A DNA stretch of 55,721 nucleotides from the NCBI GenBank assembly GCA_031364845.1, contig JANLWX010000202.1, positions 1 to 55,721 of the forward strand, given 5' to 3'. This stretch comes from Candidatus Eiseniibacteriota bacterium. Lineage in GTDB: Bacteria; Eisenbacteria; RBG-16-71-46. Positions 48,827-55,721 of the stretch are shown here, piece after piece (within the stretch, counting starts at the first letter, position 1; the number at the start of each line of letters is the position of its first letter). The position numbers and the translations under genes were made by a program. The notes under the pieces were generated by a model that saw only the letters and a list, made by a program, of their open reading frames with translations, was not told the origin of the DNA and ran no database searches.

Positions 48827-51643
48827 CTACTCGACCGATCCCAGATAGCGGTCGAGCCACGCCAGCGATTCCCGGATCATGTCGGCCTTGGGCACCGTGT
48901 GGCCGCGGGGATACGTGAGCCGTCGTTTGTGCTCGGGCGCGGTGCCGAGCCGTTCGAACATCGGTCGCTGCGAGGTCTCGGCAGGGAAGAAGAAGTCGAG
49001 CTCGCCGTTGAGCATCAGCGTCGGCTGCTTCACACGTGTGATGTAGTTGATGTGTTCCACTTCCGCAAGGGCGCGCTGAAACGTGAATCCTGCGACGTAG
49101 AGTACGTTGACCTTGAGGCGCGGCTCGACGGCCGGAAGGATGGCGCCCATGGCACCACCCCAGCTCACGCCGTAGTACGCGATCCGCTCATGGTCGAGGT
49201 CGTCGCGGGTTTCGATGTAGTCGATCGCACGCGAGAGATCCTTGCCCCACATGATCACGTGATCCTTGTAGAACGCGGTCGCGTCGGGATAGTCCGATCG
49301 CAGTTCGTCACCGCGCTCGTACGTGCTCTTGTAGACCGGCAGCAGCACCGCCCGCCCGCTGCGCGCGAGGAAGTCGAGACGTCTTATCTCGCTGAGGTTG
49401 AACGTGCGCGTGTGCAGAGCGAGTGATCCGGGAAAGACCACGACCGTCTGGTAAGGCGGACGTCCGCGCGCGGGAAGGATGAGGTGCGCCTGCATGCGCT
49501 CGCCGCCGTAGGCCGCGTCGATCTCGATCGTCTGCCACCGGCCGTACGGGCTGTCGGCGTCCGCGATCACTTTCGCCGCGAGCGGCCGCTTGTCGTAGTG
49601 GAACTGACGCAGGAAGTAGCCGAACACTTCATCCGGGACCGGTTGTTCCGCCATGAAGTCGCGAAACGGAAGGTCGATCGGCCGGCGGAGGCGTTCGGGT
49701 TCGGGCGTCAATTCGCGGATGCATCGAAAGCCGTTCGAGAGTGAGCGGTCGAATGCGTCCTGGGCATAGACATCGATGAACGCGTACTCCTGATCGTTCC
49801 ATCCTCCGCCGAGGATCGTCCGCTGTCCCTCGCGGTTTACGCGATTCCACACCCACTCGCGGACGTTGCCCGCCAGATCGCGAACTCCGAATCGATTCGT
49901 GCTCCGCGTGTGTCCGATGGCTGCGGTGCCGCGTCCGGCGAAGTTGGCGAGCGGAGCGATCTGAGAGCCGGTCGGCGTGCCGGCGACCTGGTTCCAGTGG
50001 AAGATCGTCGGCAGCGTCTTGCCCGCCCACGCCGCGTAGGCCGCAGCTTCGAACCAGCTGATTCCGTGCACCGGATGCTCGTCTTCGCCCGACGGATACT
50101 CGCCCATTTCCCAGGACGCCGGGCCGGGGCGGCCCACCGAGTCCACGAATCGCGTGAGTGCTTCGGCGAACGGCATCTCGCGATCCTCGAGAAACGGTTC
50201 GCGCCAGAATTCCGCGCGCGCGTATCCGCTGTCGTCCACGAATCGTTTGAACTCGCGATTCGTCACCGGATCACGGTCCATCAGGATGTCGCCCGTCGTC
50301 TCGACCTCGAGGTGTTCCAACCCCGGGAAGTTCAACGGCGTGGACCCGCCCGGCACGAACTCCATATCGTCCGGCAGCGTGCCGGGCTCGTGTAGCGTGT
50401 AGCTCCACGTGGACTCGGCATGCGTTGCGTTCGACAACAACCTGCCGATGTTCCAGATCAAGTCGTGCTGAGGCTGATGGCCCGGCAACTCCAGGCGCAC
50501 GCGCGTGAGGCCGCGAGGGAAGGGGACGGCGATGATCGGAGTGCGGCCGAGCGGGATCTCGTCGGTGCTCGCGTAGTAGCACGCGAACACTTCCGCGCCC
50601 GGTGGCGTGGAGAGAATCGAGATTGGGTTCGAGAAGTCGGGACGCAGCCGCTCGAGCATCGGATCGCCGGGCGAGAGCTTCTCGATCTCACGCGCGATCT
50701 CGAACGCCGTCCAGGAGTCCGGCCCCTCTTCGAGCACGAAGATGCGGTCGGTGAGGCGCGCCAGTTCGGGAAGGCCTTCGTCGCGCGGCCAGTTCTGAAG
50801 TCGCGTGAGTGCTGCGTTCAGTTCGTCGGCACTGGCGTAACGGCGCGCAGGATCCCGCTCGAGGCAACGGGTGACGATCGCCTCGAGCGCGACCGGCATC
50901 GCGGCGTTCACACGGGTGATCGCGGGCGGAGTGTCGCGCAGCATCGAACCCATGATCGACATGCCGTCGTGGCCCGAGAACGGCCGGCGGCCGGTCGCCA
51001 TTTCATAGAGCACGCAACCGAGCGCGAACAGATCGGAGCGCTCGTCCGCCTCCTTGCCCTCGAACTGTTCAGGAGCCATGTACTGGAACGTCCCGACCAC
51101 CGCGCCCGCCATGGTCAGCGGCGCGTTCACCGTGGGCGACTGGCTGTGCGTCGTTTCGGTTCGGGGTTCGACCGGGCGCGCGAGTCCGAAGTCCAGCAGC
51201 TTCACGCCCGAGTGCGTCAACATCAGGTTGCCGGGTTTGAGGTCGCGATGGACGAGGCCCGCGCGATGCGCCTCGCCGAGCGCGCTCGTGATCTGGATGC
51301 CGGCCGCGAGCAGATCTTTGACCGGCAGCGGGCCGCGTTCGAGGCGGGCGGCGAGTGTTTCGCCGTCGACCAGCTCCATCACGAGGTAGTCGATCCCGCC
51401 TTCGGCGCCGACGTCGTGCAGCGTGCAGATGTTCGAGTGATTGAGTTGCGAGATCGTGCGCGCTTCGCGCTCGAAACGCGCGCGCAGATCGGGCGAGGCC
51501 GAGAGGTGCGGCGGCAGCACCTTGATCGCGACGTCACGCCCGAGACGCGCATCGTGGGCGCGATAGACTTCGCCCATGCCTCCGGCGCCGAGCGGCGCGA
51601 TGATCCGGTAGGGGCCGAGCTGGGTTCCGACATCGAGTGGCAT
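48827..51643 (-). CDS. Ser/Thr protein kinase fused to FGE-sulfatase (SUMF1-like) and alpha/beta hydrolase domains
   Basis: GAGGMG, HRDLKPGN, DFG, GTFQYMAPE; VTNREF...HPV.GISWFEAAAYA...DLAGNVREW...GFRC; GVSWGG nucleophile, GELD and RGH. Confidence 0.9.
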   Translation of the reverse strand: MPLDVGTQLGPYRIIAPLGAGGMGEVYRAHDARLGRDVAIKVLPPHLSASPDLRARFEREARTISQLNHSNICTLHDVGAEGGIDYLVMELVDGETLAARLERGPLPVKDLLAAGIQITSALGEAHRAGLVHRDLKPGNLMLTHSGVKLLDFGLARPVEPRTETTHSQSPTVNAPLTMAGAVVGTFQYMAPEQFEGKEADERSDLFALGCVLYEMATGRRPFSGHDGMSIMGSMLRDTPPAITRVNAAMPVALEAIVTRCLERDPARRYASADELNAALTRLQNWPRDEGLPELARLTDRIFVLEEGPDSWTAFEIAREIEKLSPGDPMLERLRPDFSNPISILSTPPGAEVFACYYASTDEIPLGRTPIIAVPFPRGLTRVRLELPGHQPQHDLIWNIGRLLSNATHAESTWSYTLHEPGTLPDDMEFVPGGSTPLNFPGLEHLEVETTGDILMDRDPVTNREFKRFVDDSGYARAEFWREPFLEDREMPFAEALTRFVDSVGRPGPASWEMGEYPSGEDEHPVHGISWFEAAAYAAWAGKTLPTIFHWNQVAGTPTGSQIAPLANFAGRGTAAIGHTRSTNRFGVRDLAGNVREWVWNRVNREGQRTILGGGWNDQEYAFIDVYAQDAFDRSLSNGFRCIRELTPEPERLRRPIDLPFRDFMAEQPVPDEVFGYFLRQFHYDKRPLAAKVIADADSPYGRWQTIEIDAAYGGERMQAHLILPARGRPPYQTVVVFPGSLALHTRTFNLSEIRRLDFLARSGRAVLLPVYKSTYERGDELRSDYPDATAFYKDHVIMWGKDLSRAIDYIETRDDLDHERIAYYGVSWGGAMGAILPAVEPRLKVNVLYVAGFTFQRALAEVEHINYITRVKQPTLMLNGELDFFFPAETSQRPMFERLGTAPEHKRRLTYPRGHTVPKADMIRESLAWLDRYLGSVE

Positions 51644-51684
51644 CGCGCGAATGTAGCGGAAACGTTCGCAATGCGCGCGTCCGC

Positions 51685-52935
51685 CTACCGGATCACAAGC
51701 AGCTTCCGGGTCACGGCACTCGCACCACCGTCCGATCGTGCCCCTTCGAGCCGGCACAGGTATGCGCCACTCGCGACGCCGCCCGCATTCCAACGCACGA
51801 CGTGCTCACCCGCGCTGCGCGCGCCATCGGCCAGCACCGCGACCTCGCGGCCGGCGATGTCGTAGATACGCAGTCGAACGTCCATCGCGCGCGCGAGCGA
51901 ATAGCGCAACGTCATGCTCGCGCGCGCCGGGTTCGGCAGCGCTGCCGCCAGCGCGAACGGTGCCGGTGTCGCGAGCGCCTCGACGCCGACGAGACCGGCC
52001 TCGGCGTCGTAGATATATCCGAAGGCGCCGTACGCCGTTTCCCATGTGTGGATCAGCGACGTGAAGTCGGTGGTGACGACGAGACCGCTGTCGCGCCACG
52101 CGACGATCGGGGCGATCACCGTGTCCGCGACCGCGGCGAGACCGCCGGGAGCGGAAAGTGTGGCGGGATTGACGTTGGCCGAGAAGGTCAGCATCGCGGC
52201 GGGCGGCACCTCACCCGAGCGATAGAGCGTGATCAGTTCCTGAATGGTCGCGACCGAATGCTTCCACGGGCCGACCGCAGCGATGTTGGCGGCGGGATCG
52301 TGATCGAAATAGTGGTCGCGATCGAGAGGTCGCCACACGCCCGAGATCAGCGGATCGTTCACGTGGTTCGGGGTTCCGCTCCCGATCAGGATGCTGCCGC
52401 GCCACATCGCCGCGGGGTAGTGCTCGCCGGCCACCGGCACGCGAAAGCGATCCCACGCCTGGAACTGCGGCAGCGAGGGGTCCCACACGTGCCCGCCGAT
52501 CACGGCGGTCGCGCCGACGCCGAGCGAATCGAGCAGGTGCGCGACGTCGGTGTAGTTGTAGCCGCCGTTCTCGTGCGAGTGGGGATCGATGACGGCTCCG
52601 CGGTCTTCCTTGAGATAGCGCAGGAAGTTCTTGCCGTTGGTCGTCGCCCGCAGAGCGGCGTCTTCGTAGAGGAGTGCGGCTTCGAGAATCTTCCAGTCGG
52701 GCTGCAAGGTCCACTGCACGCCCGCGCTCTCGGCGAGAGCCGCCATCGCGATCAGGTTCGAGCGATGGACCAGATAGTTCTGGCGGGATTGTGCCGAGCC
52801 GAGGAGTCCGGCCGGCGTGTTGTCCTCGACATGCGTGAAGATCACGACGTGAACCGGCGGTACGCCGGCTGCTGAGGAACCCGCGCCGAGCAGGGCGGCG
52901 GCGAACATCGCAAGCAGAACACTGCGGCCCTTCAT
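51685..52935 (-). CDS. Secreted protein, possible metal-dependent polysaccharide deacetylase-like barrel, with FlgD-Ig/T9SS-like CTD
   Basis: RBS AAGGAG; signal peptide; THVED and DPHSHE motifs; C-terminal PNP...DIAGREV...SGAYLCR. The enzymatic call is tentative. Confidence 0.7.
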   Translation of the reverse strand: MKGRSVLLAMFAAALLGAGSSAAGVPPVHVVIFTHVEDNTPAGLLGSAQSRQNYLVHRSNLIAMAALAESAGVQWTLQPDWKILEAALLYEDAALRATTNGKNFLRYLKEDRGAVIDPHSHENGGYNYTDVAHLLDSLGVGATAVIGGHVWDPSLPQFQAWDRFRVPVAGEHYPAAMWRGSILIGSGTPNHVNDPLISGVWRPLDRDHYFDHDPAANIAAVGPWKHSVATIQELITLYRSGEVPPAAMLTFSANVNPATLSAPGGLAAVADTVIAPIVAWRDSGLVVTTDFTSLIHTWETAYGAFGYIYDAEAGLVGVEALATPAPFALAAALPNPARASMTLRYSLARAMDVRLRIYDIAGREVAVLADGARSAGEHVVRWNAGGVASGAYLCRLEGARSDGGASAVTRKLLVIR

Positions 52936-53010
52936 GGCGAACTCCTTCTGGCGGCGCCGGGATGGAACGATGGATGAGAGCGATTGACGCATCACTTACA
53001 GAGATGTCGC

Positions 53011-53026
53011 AGCAAGCCCCGTGCCC
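53011..53026 (-). promoter_or_regulatory. Candidate sigma54 promoter
   Basis: Minus strand GGGCAC-GGGGC-TTGCT (GG-N10-GC), about 75 bp upstream of ATG 52935. Confidence 0.5.
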
Positions 53027-53311
53027 TGCATGATAGGAGAGTCGGCAAGAGAGTTACACGGAATGCGGGCGGCGGCCGGACTCTCGATGACGGCACAAAG
53101 CGATGTCGTGCAAGGCGGGAAGTGGGCGATCGGGTGCGATGAACATTGTTCGTTCCGACATCGAGTGTCCGAGCGGGTACGGACACCGAACGTGATGCGA
53201 ACCGGAGCGTACACATCCGGCTCGCGGCCCGAGCCCGCGCCGGGCGCGGCGTGCTCCGCGCCCGGCGCGAATCGCGTGCGGAGCGGCGGCCGGCGCGCGA
53301 GGATGCGGGCC

Positions 53312-54835
53312 ATGCGATTCCTTCCAACGATTGCGCTCGTGATGCTCGCCCTTGCCGCCGTCGCGGCGGATTCGCCATCGCCCGTTGGTCCGGTGGGCAC
53401 CGCCTCCGAGCTCGCCGGAACCTGGGCGGGGACGGTCGAGCACGACGGAGAAACCCAGCCGGTAGCGCTCAGCTTCTCCGCCGACACCGCGGGCCGCATC
53501 ACGATCGCCCTGTCGATGCCGGTGGTGCACCTCGATCGCGCGCCGATCGCGCGCGCGCGGCCTGTGTTCCGAGGCGACTCGGTCCAGATCGGACAATTCG
53601 CTTTCGCCTACGACGCGCGGGCTAAGACGCTCAACGGCGTCGTCCCGGCCGGACTGATCCCGGTCTATTCGCTGCCGCTCGCGCTCCATAAGGTGGAACG
53701 CTTCGACATGCCCGAGCGCCCCGCGATCACGGCACCCGAGGCGGTGCCGGTGTGGACTTACGAAGCAAATACGCCGCTGTGGGCGGGACCCACATTTGCC
53801 GGCGGGGTCGTCTACGTCGGGGGACAGGACGGCTCGATCCACGCGATCGATGCGCGCACCGGCACGCGGCTCTGGGCCGCCGCGACCGGGGGGCCGATGC
53901 GCATCGGCACGCGGCGCTGGGGCGCCCCGGCCCCGATTCGGGTGCGTCCGGTGCTCGCGGACGGAGTTCTCTACGCGCAGGTCGACGACGGCTGGCTCTA
54001 CGCGCTCGCGGTCAAGGATGGCAAGCGGCGCTGGCGCGTTCGCATCGTGGACCAGCCGATCGAGCGGCTGCCATTCGACCAGCCCGCCTCGCGCTTCGAT
54101 CGCTTCGGCTCGGACGTGGTCATGAACGCGGGCCGGCTCTACGTCGGCACCCACGACGGCAAATTGCTGGCGCTCGATCCGGTCGATGGCCACACGCTGT
54201 GGGAGTTCAAGGCCGGCGACGCGATCCTTGCAGCCCCCGCGATCGCCGGCGGCAAAGTCGTTTTCGGCAGCTACGATCACTTCGTATACGCGCTCGATGC
54301 CGTGACGGGCCGGCAGTTGTGGAAGCGCGACACGCAGGGTGCCGTGGTCTCGACGCCCGCGATCGCGGACGACAAGGTCGTCGTGGGCAATCGCTGCTAC
54401 GACCTGCTCGGTCTGGATCTCGGCACGGGTGACGTCGCATGGAAGCGCTACATCTGGATGTCGTGGGTCGAGTCGTCCGCGGCGCTGTTCGGCGGAACCG
54501 CCTACGTCGGCTCGTCGGACGCAGCGGCGGTGTACGCGTTCGACGCGGCGAGCGGAAGGCGCGTGTGGGCGACGGACGTCTTCGGCTGGTCGTGGGGGCA
54601 GCCGGCGGTGACTGCGGAGCGCGTCTACGCCGGCACCTCGAGCCAGGTCGGATATCTCGCGCACCATCAGGGTGCGGTGTTCGCGCTCGATCGCGCGACG
54701 GGGAAGGCGGTGTGGCGCTTCTCCGCGAGCGCTCCAGATTCGGGCGCCTACGGGTTCCCGGGTTCGCCGGCGCTCGGCGCCGATCACGTGTTCGTTTCGG
54801 GACTCGACGGTCGCGTGCACGCGTTCCGGCCCTAA
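53312..54835 (+). CDS. Secreted PQQ-binding-like beta-propeller (BamB-like) protein
   Basis: Signal peptide; repeated VYVG..DG.(I/L).A.D..TG...W motifs. Confidence 0.88.
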   Translation: MRFLPTIALVMLALAAVAADSPSPVGPVGTASELAGTWAGTVEHDGETQPVALSFSADTAGRITIALSMPVVHLDRAPIARARPVFRGDSVQIGQFAFAYDARAKTLNGVVPAGLIPVYSLPLALHKVERFDMPERPAITAPEAVPVWTYEANTPLWAGPTFAGGVVYVGGQDGSIHAIDARTGTRLWAAATGGPMRIGTRRWGAPAPIRVRPVLADGVLYAQVDDGWLYALAVKDGKRRWRVRIVDQPIERLPFDQPASRFDRFGSDVVMNAGRLYVGTHDGKLLALDPVDGHTLWEFKAGDAILAAPAIAGGKVVFGSYDHFVYALDAVTGRQLWKRDTQGAVVSTPAIADDKVVVGNRCYDLLGLDLGTGDVAWKRYIWMSWVESSAALFGGTAYVGSSDAAAVYAFDAASGRRVWATDVFGWSWGQPAVTAERVYAGTSSQVGYLAHHQGAVFALDRATGKAVWRFSASAPDSGAYGFPGSPALGADHVFVSGLDGRVHAFRP

Positions 54836-54899
54836 CTCCGGCCCCTGCCGCGCCCTGGCCTCTTCACGGGATCTTCATCCCGTCGGCTATCCTCGACTC

Positions 54900-55595
54900 A
54901 TGTCCGGTCCCCCGATTCTGGTCGTCGAAGACGATGCGAAGGCTTCAGGCCTGATCCGGCTCTACCTCGAGCACGCCGGGTTCCCGGTGGAGACCGCCTT
55001 CGACGGACGCGCGGCACTCGAGCGGGCGGGGCGTGAACCCGTACCACGGCTGATCGTCCTGGACGTCATGATCCCGCACGTGGACGGCCTCGAAGTGTGC
55101 CGCCGCCTGCGCGAGCGTTCTGACGTTCCGATCATCATGCTCACCGCGATGGCGGACGAGGAAGACAAGCTCGAAGGTCTCGATCGTGGCGCCGACGACT
55201 ACGTCGTGAAACCCTTCAGCCCGCGCGAGCTCGTGGCGCGCGTGCGCGCGGTGCTGCGCCGCAGTCCGTCGGACGATCTCAAAGGGCCGCCGGTCGAATG
55301 CGGCGGCGTGCGGCTCGATCCCATCCGGCACTCCGCCACGGTGCGCGGCGGGCCGCTGGAACTGACGCCGCGCGAGTTCGCGCTGCTGCTCGCACTCCTG
55401 CGCCATCCCGGTCGCGCGTTCACGCGCGGCGAGCTGATCGAACGCGCGTTCGGGGCGGACTATGCCGGACTCGAGCGCACGATCGACGTTCACGTCCGCA
55501 ATCTCAGGCTGAAGCTCGCAGCCCACGCCGCGGCGGCCCGCCTGATCGAAACGGTCGCCGGCGTGGGTTATCGCTGCGCGCCACCCGATGCATAG
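54900..55595 (+). CDS. OmpR/PhoB-family response regulator
   Basis: ILVVEDD, LDVMIP, PIIMLTA, GADDYVVKPFSPREL, RTIDVHVRNLRLKL, IETVAGVGY. Confidence 0.95.
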   Translation: MSGPPILVVEDDAKASGLIRLYLEHAGFPVETAFDGRAALERAGREPVPRLIVLDVMIPHVDGLEVCRRLRERSDVPIIMLTAMADEEDKLEGLDRGADDYVVKPFSPRELVARVRAVLRRSPSDDLKGPPVECGGVRLDPIRHSATVRGGPLELTPREFALLLALLRHPGRAFTRGELIERAFGADYAGLERTIDVHVRNLRLKLAAHAAAARLIETVAGVGYRCAPPDA

Positions 55596-55721
55596 TCTGC
55601 GCGTCCGGCTGTTGGTCGTGACCGTGATGGTCGCCGCGGCGGCGGTGGGTGTGAGCGCGCTGTTCTCGCGGCAGGTCGTCACCAGCGAGTTCCGGCGCTT
55701 CGTCCAGACCCCGCATGCCTC
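55588..55721 (+). CDS. Probable sensor histidine kinase, N-terminal fragment (runs off window)
   Basis: MHSLRVRLLVVTVMVAAAAVGVSALFSRQ..., an N-terminal TM helix overlapping the regulator stop. Confidence 0.65.
   Translation, partial: MHSLRVRLLVVTVMVAAAAVGVSALFSRQVVTSEFRRFVQTPHA

Overview
GC-rich (roughly 68-70% by eye) bacterial chromosomal segment. Many secreted proteins end in a FlgD-Ig/T9SS-like C-terminal domain or a 'TWGxVKxLYR' tail, which suggests an FCB-group candidate lineage such as Ca. Eisenbacteria (inference). From left to right: (1) the probable right end of an ISNCY/IS1202-like insertion sequence; (2) a divergent locus centred on a B12-dependent CarH/LitR photoreceptor, with renalase-like oxidoreductase, ribA, Zn-finger membrane protein and site-2 protease on one side and DUF4397 lipoprotein, SRPBCC, SDR-DUF2867 and glutathione peroxidase on the other; (3) a 16-repeat secreted protein and a Ser/Thr kinase-TPR protein; (4) a GT99/GT107-like glycosyltransferase coupled to an unusual TPR + ParB/Srx-like + NDK-like + nucleotidyltransferase fusion, then a frameshifted TPR gene, both units with sigma28-like promoters; (5) ackA and a 2820-aa surface protein; (6) three small genes with sigma54-like promoters; (7) a GH1 glycosidase and two secreted proteins sharing the TWG tail; (8) more CTD-bearing exoproteins, including a nuclease and a 2057-aa subtilase; (9) a kinase-FGE-hydrolase fusion, a PQQ-type beta-propeller and an OmpR-family two-component pair truncated at the window end. 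No rRNA, tRNA or CRISPR array was recognised. All domain calls come from motif recognition by eye, not database searches.
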